Assembly (NCBI RefSeq): GCF_004010195.1
Contig: NC_057719.1
Span: 39,422,252 to 39,486,251, forward strand
DNA from: Chiloscyllium plagiosum
Taxonomy: Eukaryota
Reading direction: 5' to 3'
Length of the DNA stretch: 64,000 nt
Shown here: piece by piece, positions 1-13,160 of the stretch
How the letters are laid out: each line of letters begins with the position of its first letter
Numbering within the stretch: the stretch's first letter is position 1
Made by a program: the position numbers and the translations under genes
Notes under the pieces: model-generated
What the model was told of the DNA's origin: nothing
Databases searched by the model: none
What the model saw: the letters and a program-made list of their open reading frames with translations, nothing else

Positions 1-845
1 CCAGCCTCCTCTCCTCTCCTCCCCCTTCCCTCTTCCTACCCACCCGTGAGAGCCAGCCCCCTCCGTACCCTCACCTGTCCGTCCTCCCTCCCTCGCTGCC
101 TGCAGTCCGCCTCCCGCCGCCCCTTTCCGCTCCCGGCAGCCGGTGGCTGACGCGTTTCCTGCCGCAGCTCTGGGCTTGGCGAGTAGTCGGAGCCGGGGCG
201 GCCATTTTCACCCGGTCCTTCCCCCCCCCCCGCCCGGCACCTCCCTCTCCGTCTCCCTCCTCGTCCTGTCCACCCACTCCTCCCCCACACCATCTGTCTG
301 CACCCAGCCAGCCAGCCACCTACCTACCTCCCTCCTCCGCTGCGATCTCCATGTTAGAGGGTGAGGAGTGGCGTCCGAAAGGTCCTGTCTCTCACGTCTG
401 GAGCCGGGAAGCGGTGCAGCGGCGGCCGGTGAGCGCTGTCTCCTCTGGCCGCTGAAGCCGGGGCCTTGTAACCGAGGCTGAGGGCAGTGAGTGGTGGGAC
501 TGCAGCTGCCGCTGTTTCTCAGGGGGAAAGGTCCGCAACCGACAGCGCCTGGAAACGGCCCCGCTTCAATATCTCTTTGCACATCATCGAGATTGTTGTT
601 TCCTTTTTTTTGTGTGTGTGTGGGGAAAATGTGGACGCACCGAAAGGATACTCGGCTTCATTAGGCGGTGTGTTTGGTGGACGGCTGCTGGATGTCTCCG
701 GCTGCAACCCGCCGGGCCGACTTCAGTTGAAGCCCACCGCTTCTCAACATTTCGCCACTCATGTCCTGTTGAGTCGAGTCTTCTGCAATTATTTGGGCAA
801 CGGTGCTAAGTTGAAACCAGGAGGGGGCAAAAAAAAAGAAACAAA
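1..845 (+). promoter_or_regulatory. CpG-rich promoter / 5' UTR region of MARK3
   Basis: GC- and CpG-rich against an AT-rich, CpG-depleted window; directly upstream of the MARK3 ATG; YY1-type motif GCCATTTT at 201-208. TSS cannot be placed from sequence. Confidence 0.8.
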
Positions 846-896
846 ATGTCTACTCGAACGCCATTACCTACAGTGAATGAACGTGAAACAGAGCAT
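846..896 (+). CDS. MARK3: MARK3 coding exon 1 (MSTRTPLPTVNERETEH)
   Basis: aaaATG at 846, 17 codons matching the recalled vertebrate MARK3 N-terminus MSTRTPLPTVNERDTEN, followed by GTAAGT donor at 897 (phase 0). Too short for the ORF track. Confidence 0.95.
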
Positions 897-1554
897 GTAA
901 GTAATCTTTATTGGGGGTTCAAGAGACCCCTGGAAGGGGAGCGCAGATAATCGGACACTTTGTTTGAGCGACTAAATTACCAACTTGGCCTTGGTCAACG
1001 TGTGAACCTGCCATGGTTTGGAAATGAATTGCTGGTGAACTTCAATAAATGCTTTGTGTTGGTTTCGTTTGTAAAGCTTTTCTGGAAGTTTTGGGTGTTC
1101 ACTTTTAAGTCGTTCGCATGTTCCTGATGCTTGGAATTTTTTTTTAAGTCTTGCTGTGCGCCTTTGCTTCTTCCCTTCACATCTCGGCCCATGTCAACAC
1201 GGCACAAGGAAGCCGACAGGTGTCAGGACACATCACTGAGGTGTTAGATTTGACCGAGTTAGTTTTCATGTGAGCCGCTATGTCATGTTTATGGAATTGA
1301 TGTTCAAAAAAAGGGAATGAGTATATTTAATAACAGGTCTCGTTGTGATGGTTTTAGAATACATATTTTTGAGGGAAGGACAAAAGTTGACCTAAGCATT
1401 TAAAGCCCAACAGTTGTTACTAGCCTTAATCTTTTAAGATGGGTTAGCATGCCTTTTGCAAGATCAGAAGGTATCATGAATTATACACTTTGTGTATCGC
1501 CTTATAGGATTGAAAATGATCACATCATTATACAGAAAGTAGTTTTTTTCTCAA

Positions 1555-2020
1555 CAACTATCGGAAAGATGTTGTGAAACTTGAAATGGTTCAGAAAAGA
1601 TTTACAAGGATGTTGCCAGGGTTGGAGGATTTGAGCTATGGGAAGAGGCTGAATAGGCTGGGGCTGTTTTTCCTGAAACATTGGAGGCTGAGGGGCATGG
1701 ATAGGAGTCCAGAACTAGAGGGCATAGGTTTAGGATGAGAGGGGAAAGATATAAAAGAGACCTAAGAGGCAACTTTTTCATGCAGAGGGTGGAGCGTGTA
1801 TGGAATGAGTTGTCAGAGGAAGTGGTGGAGGCTAGCACAATTGCAACATTTAAAAGGCACCTGGATGGGTACGTGAATAGGAAGGGTTTGGAGGGATATG
1901 GGCCAGATTCTTGAAGGTGGGACTAGATTGGGTTGGGATATCTAGTTGGCATGGACAAGTTGGACCGAAGGGTCTGTTTCCGTGCTGTACATCTGTATGA
2001 TTCTATGAACTTCTACGACT
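1555..2020 (+). mobile_element. CR1 LINE 3' fragment
   Basis: Near-identical to 3950-4450 with an internal deletion; ends in a degenerate short tandem tail (gtatgattctatga). Confidence 0.9.
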
Positions 2021-2344
2021 AATTGAAAAGATGGTTTTTATACTCAGGATCGTGGGGGACACTAAATGTTGTTGGTTCCAATGCTCACATAAAACCTGTA
2101 TAATATGTATTAAAATCTTGTACTATCACCAGGAACTGAACATACTATAATGTGTTTGTAACTCACTTCAACTGTCAATACTGATATAGGTATTGTCCCT
2201 TTAAACTGAACTCGTCTGAAGGCAATGAGAAATGATAGAGTTGAGCAATTTCTGATGTCTGTAATCTCATTCCAAAAACCCAATGAATTACTTTTGAAGT
2301 GTACCCACTAGTTTTGTGACACATTTGTCGTCTTGCTGTGTGCA

Positions 2345-4478
2345 AACTATGTTCGCAGGTAAAAGGGACGGCTGGAAAATGGGAAGCCTTCAGGAATGAG
2401 ATAACGAGAATCCACAGAAAATATATTCCTGTTAGGGTGAAAGGAAAGGTTGGTAGGTATAAGGAATGCTGGATGACTAAAGAAATTGAGGGTTTGGTTA
2501 AGAAAAAGAAGGAAGCATATGTAAGGTATAGACAGGATAGATCGAGTGAATCCTTAGAAGAGTATAAAGAAAGTAGGAGTATACTTAAAGAAATCAGGAG
2601 GGCAAAAAGGGGACAGGAGATAGCTTTGGCAAATAGAATTAAGGAGAATCCAAAGGGTTTTTACAAATACCTTAAGAAAAAAGGGTAACTAGGGAGAGAA
2701 TATGGCCCCTCAAAGATAAGCAAGGCGCCCTTTGTGTGGGGAGCCGCAGAAAATGGGTGAGATACTAAACAAGTATTTTGCATCAGTATTTACTGTGGAA
2801 AAGGATGTGGAAGGTATAGAATGTAGGAAAACAGATGGTGACACCTTATAAAATGTCCATATTACAAGGAGGAAGTGCTGGATGTTTTGAAACTGGTAAA
2901 GGTGGATAAATCCCCAGGACCTGATCAGGTGTGCCCTAACTCTGTGGGAAGCTATAGAAGTGATTGCTGGGCCTCTTGCTGAGCTATTTGTATCATCGAT
3001 AGTCACGGGTGAGGTGCCGGAAAACTGGAGGTTGGCAAACGTGGTGCCACTGTTTAAGAAAGGTGGTAAGGACAAGCCAGAGAACTACAGACCAGTGAGC
3101 TTGACGTTGGTGGTGGGCAAATTGTGGGAGGGAATCCTGAGGAACAGGATATACATGTATTTGGAAAGGCAAGGACTGATTAGGGATAGTCCACATGGCT
3201 TTGTACGTGGGAAATCGTGTCTCAAACTTGATTGAGCTTTTTGAAAAAGTAACAAAGAGGATTGATGAGGGCAGAGCGGTAGATGTGATCTGTATGGACT
3301 TCAGTAAGGCGCTCGACAAGATTCCCCTTGGGAGACTGATTTGGTTAGATCTCATGGAATACAGGGAGAACTCACCATTTGGATACAGAATTGGCTCAAA
3401 AGTAGAAGACAGAGGGTGGTGGTGGAGGATTGTTTTTCAGACTGGAGGCCTGTGACCAGTGGAATGCCACAAGGATCGGTGCTGGGTCCACTACTCTTTG
3501 TCATTTACATAAATGATTTGGATGCAAGCATAAGAGGTACAGTTAGTAAGTTTACAGATGATACCAAAACTAGAAGTGTAGTGGACAGCGAAGAAGGTTA
3601 CCTCAGATTACAATAGGATCTGGACCAGATGGGCCAATGGGCTCAGAATTGGCAGATGGAGTTTAATTCAGATAACTGCAAGGTGCTACATTTTGGGAAA
3701 GCAAATCTTAGCAGGACTTATACACTTAATGGTAAGGTCGTAGGGAGTGTTGCTGAACAAAGAGACCTTGGAGTGCAGGTTCACAGCTCCTTGAAAGTGG
3801 AGTCGCAGGTAGATAGGATAGTGAAGAAGGCGTTTGGTATGCTTTCCTTTATTGGTCAGAGTATTGAGTACAGGAGTTGGGAGGTCATGTTGCAGCTGTA
3901 CAGGACATTGGTTAGGCCACTGTTGGAATATTGTGTGCAATTCTGGTCTCCTTCCTATAAGAAACTTGAAAGGGTTCAGAAAAGATTTACAAGGTTGTTG
4001 CCAGGGTTGGAGGATTTGAGCTATAGGGAGAGGCTGAACAGGCTGGGGCAGTTTTCCCTGGAGCGTTGGGGGTTGAGAGGTGACCATATGGAGGTTTACA
4101 AAATCATGAGGGGTATGGATCGGATAAATAGACAAAGTCTTTTCCCTGGGGTCGGGGAGTCCAGAACTCGAGGGCATAGGTTTCGGGTGAGAGGGGAAAG
4201 AAATAAAAGAGACCTAAGGGGAAACTTTTTCACACAGAGGGTGGTACATGTATGGAATGACTGCCAGAGGAAGTGGTGGAAGAAGATACAATTGCAACAT
4301 TTAAGAGGCATTTGGATGGGTATGTGAATAGGAAGGGTTTGGAGGGATATGGGCCGGGTGCTGGCAGGTGGGACTGGACTGGGTTGGGATATCTGGTCGG
4401 CATGGATGGGTTGAACCGAGGGGTCTGTTTCCTTGCTGTACATCTCTATGTCTATGTCTATGACTATGACTATATCTA
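2345..4478 (+). mobile_element. 5'-truncated CR1 LINE, frameshifted ORF2 (RT)
   Basis: ORF fragments [30 protein letters not shown] and LEYCVQFWSP; (ctatgt/ctatga)n tail at 4445-4475. Confidence 0.95.
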
Positions 4479-5217
4479 AGACCTAATGGGTTGTTGAATT
4501 TCATGTTGTCCAGGACATTGGAGGCTCTCTGTGGAAAAAGTGAGGTCAATCCCTCAACACCTGAATGAGAAGTAAGGTGCATTGTTAAGTTAGGTTATAT
4601 TCCATCGCTGGTAGTGGCAGCAGTAATTTGAGTTGACACATTTACTGATGATGTTAGTTCTTTTGTTTGGTTTTTTTTAAAGGTAATGGCTTAACATTAG
4701 CTTCACCTGTGGAAGGGGAGAGCAATTAGGATTTTGCAAGAAATTAGTCTTGTGTAGCATTGGAGTCTGTTCTGAACATATGCTAATATGAGATGCCTTC
4801 TAGATTTTCCAAAGTGCTTCACTTTTTAAAATATAGCCACTTGGAATATGCTTGTTATTTGTCACAAGATCCCAACAGCAACAAAGGTAAAATATATTGA
4901 GCTGTTTTAGTAGTGATGGTTGAATTGCAAAGTTTAGCCAGGAGGTGGTAAGACCTCCCCTTCAAGTTGCTGTAGATTTTCACAGTCGCATCCAAAATCT
5001 CTTGTCAGTTTTTTTTATTTTAATAAACTGAATTATAGTTTTCAGCAGTAATGTGACATTTTTCTGTCGCCTGAGACAATAGAAGAATGCTTGGGTTATC
5101 CAGAAACTACGTGGTGATTTTTGAGTTACTGTAGGGAGTGTGGCTGTGCTGTCCATCACTTGGCAAATATAAACATGCAAATTTTGGTTTGTAGATTTGA
5201 CCAGTTTATGCAAGGAA

Positions 5218-5683
5218 TGGGGACATAATGGTAATGTCGATAGACTAATAATCCAGAGGCCTAGGCTAATAATTTGAGAAGGTAAAAACAAAAGCCCTTT
5301 GCCCGAAACGTCGATTTTGCTGAAGCTCCTCGGATGCTGCCTGAACTGCTGTGCTCTTCCAGCACCATTGATCCAGATAATAATTTGAGATACTATTGGA
5401 ATTCAAAATTTACCAGCGTTTATGAAATTGAAAGCTAGTTTGTTTCATAATCATTTTTACTGTCACTGTACAAATCCCTCTAGTTCACTAATGTTCCTTT
5501 TTAGGGAAGAAAATCTGTATCCTTACCTGATCTGGTCTACCTGTGGTTCCAGACCTACAGCAATATGATGGATTCTTGACTGGCCTCAGAGATAGTCCAG
5601 CAAGCCACTGGTTCAAGGGTACTTAAAGGGTAGGCAACAAGTGCAGGCATTTCCAATGCACTCACATACCATGGAAGAATAAA
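5218..5683 (+). mobile_element. Old SINE-like element (host of the 5280 insertion)
   Basis: Similar decayed sequence recurs at about 8105-8320; its 3' end resembles the reverse complement of the old LINE tail at about 24400-24500. Confidence 0.5.
5280..5377 (+). mobile_element. 98-bp Penelope-terminal-repeat-derived insertion with partial HHR and 13-bp TSD
   Basis: TSD taataatttgaga at 5267-5279 and 5378-5390; contains gcccGAAACGTC and the ggatgctgcctga..tccagca family motif. Confidence 0.8.
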
Positions 5684-6299
5684 AACTGTATATAGCCGTG
5701 AGCATGGAAAAATGTTGTACGTTTGGGAGAAATGCCTTATTGGCAATTTCTTTACTGCCAAATTATCACCTGTATCGATGCTATCTTTTGCTGTTTGATA
5801 TTTTCATCTAGACACTTATCATTCTTTGTCATTTCCATTTTGAGCAATGTTATACTTGCCACATCTCTTATGTCAAGCAAGTTGTTAAAAGATTCTCATT
5901 ATATTCCTTTTAAAATCCTCCATTGCTTTGACCCAGATTACTTTTTCCAGTGAACTAATCCAGCATCAGCTTACTCCACATTCCACATTGACAGCTGCTT
6001 CTTGAGCCACAGGAATGTAGGAGCTGTTTCTCCCAGCCTCTCTGTCCTACCACATCCCTTAATACCACTAAGACTGTTCTCAGTACTTGCTCCTTCAGTC
6101 TTTACTTGTTATCTGCCATACTAGACAATGTTTTGAAGATATCTCTCTTCATACTGGGATTCCTATAAAATGAAAATTCTAATGCTATCAGCCCTGCAAC
6201 CAGTTATCTTTACTGCCTTTTCGTACTTGCGCATTAAACTTAGTAATAGAACATGGACATAAATTTCAGAGTTAAGCTTCAAAAAAGTCTCTAATTTCT

Positions 6300-6890
6300 A
6301 GCGAAGATCACAAAATCACTGAATTATGCAGTGCAGAAGGAGGCTGTGTTCATCCCATCACATCTCCAGTAGTTCTCAAAACATTTTTACTTGGTGTCAA
6401 ATTCCTGTTTATTCCCTGTAACCATGCACATTGATTATTTAAATAGAAACAATGCCACTTCCTGGCAGCCCATTCCAAACATGGGCCACTTTGCTGTGTG
6501 ATACTTTTCTCACCTTTTTTTCTGATTTTTGTGAAACATTTTAAAACTGAACCATGGTTCTCGATCCTTTTGAGAAAGATTGTTTCTTCCTATCTACTAT
6601 TAGCTCCTCATGAATTTGTAAAATTTTATCCAATTTCCTTCCACCTTCTGTCAAAGAGAAACAGTTCTAACTTCTCCAATCTGTCCCATTAACTGAAGTA
6701 TGTCATCCCTGGAACCATTCTTGTAAATATCTTTTGCACTCTCTACAATACATTCACCACCTTTCTAAAGAGTGGTGCCCAGAACTGTGCACAAATTCCA
6801 GCTGTGGTCTAACATGCCCTGTATTGTTCAACAGAGTCCCTATTCTTAGATTTGTGTTCCTATTAATGAAGCCTAGAATATTATTTGCTT
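6300..6890 (-). mobile_element. Old CR1 3' fragment
   Basis: Decayed reverse-complement CR1 motifs (gtggtgcccagaactgtgcaca = CAQFWAP). Confidence 0.7.
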
Positions 6891-7166
6891 TCCATTTTTA
6901 ATTTAAATCTGAGAATCCTATAAGTTTTCAATGGAACTTTCAAATGTTGCTTGAAGAGGAGGACATATCTTGACTGGAGGGCGATTTCATTTTGGCCTTA
7001 GTTTGAACTGAAAGGTATTGCTTTCCAAGTACACGTCGATACAATAAATACTTGCATTTTTCATTCCTTTATTTTAAACCTAGATTTCTGACTTCGTTTA
7101 CTTTAACCTTTTTGTCTAAAACTTCTAAAGCTTTTCAACTAATATCCTTGTTTTCCTCCACATCAG

Positions 7167-7361
7167 CACACTTCGCATGTGGATGGCCGTTCAGAGGTTT
7201 CTTCGCGGTCAACCCGTTCTGGAGGCGCCCGATGCCGGAATTCAATTACATCTTGCGTCGATGAGCAGCCACATATAGGAAACTATAGACTTCTGAAAAC
7301 TATTGGCAAAGGAAACTTTGCCAAGGTGAAGCTGGCTAGACATATCCTTACTGGAAGAGAA
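7167..7361 (+). CDS. MARK3: MARK3 coding exon 2 (start of Ser/Thr kinase domain)
   Basis: Pyrimidine tract plus CAG acceptor ending 7166; 65 codons [65 protein letters not shown] with the glycine-rich loop GKGNFA; GTAAGT donor at 7362; phase 0/0. Confidence 0.97.
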
Positions 7362-8671
7362 GTAAGTTGGTCTGTAATTGTTTTATGACTTATTCAGTTC
7401 GTGGAGATCAGCATACCAAATTTTCTTTATCACAATTTATAATTTCTTTTCATTCTTAAGTTGACACATTGTTTTTTCTCTGGCTCCATGACACACATTT
7501 CTGAACTTTTAGGAAATCTGTCTGAGCTCTCTCATATGCCTTTTTATAATTCCTCTTGCTTTTGAGCAAATGTGTACCTTTTCACTTGGAACCTTCCATT
7601 ATGATTCGCTTAGGAAGCTCACCACGTGATATTGTATATGAACCAGCTGAAATATTTTCCTGTTTACTTTTTAAGTAAACTCACTCAATTATGTTTTTAT
7701 CTTCATGGGTTGTAGGTAGAGTATCCCTGGGTCATTTGATAAACCAGTTTAATTAAAGAAAAATCTAAATTGATCCTTTCTAGACTCTCACCTGATGTAC
7801 AGGTCACCTATTCTAGATATTAGCAAGAATGCATATTTTCACAGCACTAACATCATTTGCTATCATTTCCAACTCTCCTTTGTCTCAACAAAACCCTTGT
7901 CAGGGTTGTTATAACCTTCAAGTTCAACTTCTCCAAAATGTTCTTTGTTAACTTCAATGCCATAAGCTCAAATTTAACCTAAACTGCACTACCTGTATCC
8001 TATCCTACATTAAGCACTTAATGTCCTCATCTTTGTTTACCTTCACTGTCCCTACCATGTCCCCACACATTATCTTGAAAATCATGTTTAGAGTTCAGTG
8101 TACAATAACATAATGGTGATTGGACAATTGATCCTGAGGTATGAAATTCAATCCTACATTGACAGGTGGGCTATTTAATTCTGTTATATTAAATAACTGA
8201 GATAACAAGCTAACATCCATAATTGTAAAATGGAACTTCTGAATTGTTATCAAAATCCACCTGGTTCATTTGATATTCTTTAGAAAAATAAATCTGCCAT
8301 CCTTTACTAGTTTGGCCAGTCGATAGTCTTATCATTCCTAATATCTGCAAGTTCTTTCAATCTTGCATCCCACTTAATGAGCTTCACTTTTCTACTCCTG
8401 ACTTAATTTTTCTGCCCATTCCTGATCACTACCATTTGTAGATCCTTCAGCTATCATGGCCTACAATCCAGAAATGCTGCGTATAAACCTCTAACCTTGT
8501 TTCCATTTTTCTCTAACAAAAGCAACTTCTCCAATGTCTACCCTCCTTTCCTAGTTATATCTATTGCTTAAAGTTTGCTTGTATTCTTAATTATACGCGG
8601 TCTGCCATCTTTTTAGTATTTAGTGGCACAGTGAAAATGTCACTGAGCTAAAACTCCAGGTTCATGTTCTG

Positions 8672-9350
8672 GGAACATATGACCATAAGAAATAGGAATG
8701 AGAGCAGGGCATTTGGCCCCTTGAGGCCTACTCTGTCAATCAGTAGGATTGTGGCTGATCCAGCATTCCTCATATCCACTTTCCTGCTTTTTGCCTGGAA
8801 TCCTTGATTTCCCGATTGAATAAGAATCTATCCATCTTAGTCTTTAAATATACGCAAGGATTCTGCCTCCACAGCTGTCTATGGCCAGGACTTCCGAAGA
8901 TACTCAACACCCCCCATGAGAAGAAATTCTTCCTCTTCTCAATCTTTATTCTGAGATTATACCCTCTGGTCCTGGAATCTCCCATGAGCCGGGTGGGGAG
9001 GTGGGGGGGGTGTTTGGGATGTAACCTTAGCATTTATCCTTTCAAGTCTGTTCGGAACCTAATATGTTTCAATGAGATCACCTCTCATTCTTCTAAATGG
9101 GTAGAGTTCTGATCTGTTCAACGTTCGCTCAATGGCAATCTCTCCATGCTGGGGATCATCCTAGTCAACCTTCTCCCATCTGCCTCCAGTGAAACAATAT
9201 CTTAGATGAGGGGAGTATATGAGGCCCCACCGGTACCTTGTACAGTCCAGTAAGACTTCCCTGCTGTTGTATTACAAACCCCTTGAAATAAGGACCAACA
9301 TTCCATTAAGTCTCCTGATTACCCGATGCACCTGTATGCTAGCTTTGTGT
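8672..9350 (-). mobile_element. CR1 3' fragment (second subfamily)
   Basis: Minus ORF SRTRGYNLRIK..KNFFS; tail related to those at about 40140 and 56815. Confidence 0.75.
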
Positions 9351-10146
9351 TTTGCATATCAATTTGACACATCACCTCTGAAGTGATAATAATTAATTCT
9401 TCCCTGTATTCTTTAGTATTAATTTGATGCTAAAAGAATCTTCCACCATAAAGTTTGATGTGCAATATCTGCCAATTCCACTACCATTCCCTTGTTCCCC
9501 ATAACTGTCTCCCTAGATTCATTTTCTAAAGGGCTTTATCTAGTTAGTGTTTTAATAAAGTTTTATTTAAACTCTATAGTCCAGAAACAGATTCTTAGTC
9601 CAACTGCTCTATAGTAATAATAAGAAAAGCATATTATTTTGAATAGTCCATATTGTTTAACCACTGGTTTGATTTTTCAAAATTTAGTTGACTCCACTAT
9701 CTGTGCTATTTCTTTCTGGTATAATAGTATTTTACAGCACATAAGGAAGCTCTTGAATGGTCCTGGCTGTCTGTACAAATACATTTACAGGCTGTATACA
9801 AGCTACATTCACCTGTCTTTTTGCATACTTTTGCATACTTCTGCTTCCCTGTTTAGAAAGTATAATTCTGTTTCAATCACAGTTTGGCAGAATGTACCAT
9901 TTCTTAACATAATATGATGCAATACCAGTTGTTACACTGTAAATGTATTTCATTAGCTGTAAAGTGCTTTGGGGTAACCTGAGATCTTTGAAAGGTGTTG
10001 TATAATTGCTAGTCTGTCTTTGTGATTGATGCTTATTTTTAGTCTGTTACTTGATGCACATTACTGTTAAATATTTCCAGTGTGAAAAATATTTCTCATT
10101 GATTTACTCCAGCTATTTATCAATCTTTCAGCAATAAATCCCACTT

Positions 10147-10469
10147 TTAGATTAGATTAGATTAGATTACTTACAGTGTGGAAACAGGCCCTTCGGCCCA
10201 ACAAGTCCACACCGACCCGCCGAAGCGCAACCCACCCATTCCCCTACATTTACCCCTTTACCTAACACTACGGGCAATTTAGCATGACCAATTCACCTGA
10301 CCTGCACATCTTTGGACTGTGGGAGGAAACCGGAGCACCCGGAGGAAACCCACGCAGACACTGGGAGAACGTGCAAACTCCACACAGACAGTCGCCTGAG
10401 TCGGGAATTGAACCCAGGTCTCTGGCGCTGTGAGGCAGCAGTGCTAACCACTGTGCCACCGTGCCGTCC
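10147..10469 (-). mobile_element. Full-length tRNA-derived V-SINE (HE1-type shark SINE)
   Basis: On minus: A box TGGCACAGTGG, B box GGTTCAATTCC, V-domain GTGTGGAGTTTGCACGTTCTCC..GGTTTCCTCCGGGTGCTCCGGTTTCCTCCCAC, CR1-like 3' tail and (TAATC)n end. Confidence 0.92.
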
Positions 10470-10649
10470 ATAAATTTATGCACATTGAATTGATTATTTA
10501 AAATCAGGGTCCCTTTTTTGTTCTTGGATGGCTCTGAATTAATCTAATGAACAATTGACCTACACTGATAAGGAAGGTCTCCAGCTCTGGCTCTGTGTTG
10601 GTTAATTTCTTTTCATTTGGGTTGTATGATTATTGGACTTGGAAAGGAA

Positions 10650-13160
10650 GGATAGGCCAGAGTTTGAACTTGCAGCATGGGTTGGTACTTGGGATTTCAA
10701 TGTTGTGACCATTTTAGAGACATGGGTAGAGCAGGGACAGGAATGGTTATTGCAGGTTCCGGGATTTAGATGTTTCTGTAAGAACAAAGAAAACAGTAAA
10801 AGACGGGGTGGTGTGGCACTGTTAGTCAAGGACAGTATTACAGTTGCAGAAAGGACTTTGAGGACTCATCTACTGAAGTAGTATGGGCTGAGATTAGAAA
10901 CAAGAAAGGAGAGGTTACCGTGTTGGGAGTTTTCTGTAGGCCTCCAAATAGTTCCAGAGATGTAGAGGATAGGATAGCAAAGATAATCCTCAATAGGAAC
11001 GAGTGTGATAGGGTAGTTGTTATGGGGAACTTTAACGTTCCAGATATTGACTGAGAATACTATAGTTCAAACACATTGGGCAAAGACTGGCCCACCTAAT
11101 GTGTGCAGGAGGGTTTCCTGACATAGAATGTCGACAGACCAACAGGGACAAGACCACATTAGGTTTGATACTGAGTAATGAACCATCCAGGTGTTAGATT
11201 TGAAGGTAGGTGAGCACTTTGGTGATAGTGACCATAATTAAGTTATGTTTACTTTCGTGATGGAAGGGATAGGTATATACCACAGGGCAAGAGCTATTGC
11301 TGGGCAAAAGGCAATCATGATGCGACTAGGCAAGATTTAGGATGCAAAGGATGGGGAAGGAAACTGCAGGCGATGGGCACAATTGAAATGTGGAGCTTTT
11401 TCAAAGACCAGCTATTGCGGGTCCTTGATAAGTATGTACCGGTAAGGCAGAGAGGAAGATGTCAAGCGCGGGAGCTGTGGTTTACTAACTAAGTTAAGTC
11501 TGTTGTCAGGCGGAAGAAGAATGCTTATGTTAGGACGAGATGTGATGGCTCAGTTAGGGTGCTTGAGAGTTACAAGTTAGCCAGGAAAGACCTAAAGCGA
11601 AAACTAAAAAGAGCCAGGAGGGGACATGAGATGTCATTGGTGGCTAGGATCAAGGAAAGCCCTAGGGCTTTTTATAGCTTTATCAGGAATCGAAGAATGA
11701 CTAGAGTAAGATTAGGGTCAATCAGGCATAGTAGTGGGAAGTAGTGCATGGAGTCAGAGGAGATAGGGGAAGCGCTAAATGAATACTTTTTGTCAGTATT
11801 CACACTAGAAAAAGACAATGTGGTAGAGGAGAATACTGAGAAACAGGCTACTAGACTAGATGGGATTGGCGTGCATAAGGAGAAGGTGTTAGCAATTCTG
11901 GAAAGTGTAAAAAAAAGATAGTCTCCTGGGCCTGATAGGATTTATCCAAGGATTCTCTGGGAAGTCAGGGAGGAGATTGCAGAGCCTTTGGCTTTGAACT
12001 TTGTCATCATTGTCTACAGGAATAGTGTCAGAGACTGGAGCATAGCAAATGTTGTTCCCTTGTTCAAGAAGGGAAGTAGAGACAACTCTGGAAATTATAG
12101 ATCTGTGAGCCTTACTTCAGTTGTGGGTGAAATGTTGGAAAGGGTTATAAGAGAGAGGTTTTATAAACATCTAGAGAGGAATAAGTTCATTAGGATAATC
12201 AACACGGTTTTGTGAAAGGTAGGTTGTGCCTCAGAAACCTTATTGAGTTCTTTGAGAAGGTGACAAAATAGGTGGATAAGGGTAAAGCAGTTGATGTGAT
12301 GTATATGGATTTCAGTAAGGCATTTGATAAGGATCCCCACGGTAGGCTATTGCAGAAAATACGGAGGAATGGGATTGAGGGTGATTTCGCCATCTGGATC
12401 AGAGATTGGCTAGCTGAAAGAAGACGTTGGTTGATGGGAAATATTTATCCTGGAGTTCAGTTACTAGTGGGGTACCACAAGGATCTGTTTTGGATCTACT
12501 GTTTGTCATTTATATAAATTACCTTGATGAGGTCACGGAAGGATGATGAGGTCACGGAAGGATATTTGCGGATGACCCTAAAATAGGCAGAGTTGTAGAT
12601 AGCGACAAAGAATGTTGTAGGTTACAGAGAGACATAGATAAGCTGTAGAGCTGGGCTGAGAGGTGGCAAATGGACTTTAATGCGGAAAAGTGTGAGGTGA
12701 TTCACATTGGAAGGAGTAACAGTTATGCAGAGTACTGGGCTAATGGTAGGATTCTTGGCAGTGTAGATGAGCAGAACGATCTCAGTGTCCAGATAAGTAG
12801 ATTCTTGAAAGTTGCCAGCCAAGTGGTAAGGTTGTTAAGAAGGCATACAGTGTGTTATCTTTTATTGGTAGAGGGATTGAGTTTCGGAACCATGAGGTCA
12901 TATTGCAGCTGTACAAATCTCTGGTGCGGCCACATTGGGAGTATTTCATACAGTTCTGGTCACCGCATTATAGGAAGGATGTGGAAGCTTTGGAGAGGGT
13001 TCAGAGGAGATTTACTAGAATGTTGCCTGTCATGGAGGGAAGGTCTTATGAGGAAAGGCTGAGTGACTTGAGGCTGTTTTCGTTAGAAGGCGGTTGAGAG
13101 ACGACTTAATTGAGACATATAATCAGAAGGTTAGATAGGTTGGACAGTGAGTGTCTTGGA
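10650..13160 (+). mobile_element. Decayed CR1 LINE ORF2 (APE endonuclease plus RT)
   Basis: ORF fragments ILETW..RGGVALLV, NYRSVSLT, YMDFSKAFDK and IQFWSPHY with many stops. Confidence 0.92.

Noticed and set aside
36..876. Overlapping 60-130 aa ORFs in the GC-rich start
   Set aside because: Low-complexity by-products of GC content; the real exon (846-896) is in another frame.
7179..7388. ORF track call as a standalone 69-aa gene
   Set aside because: It is MARK3 exon 2 read from a GTG and running into the intron.
10400..10469. tRNA gene
   Set aside because: The A/B boxes belong to a SINE head; no cloverleaf acceptor stem or pol III terminator.
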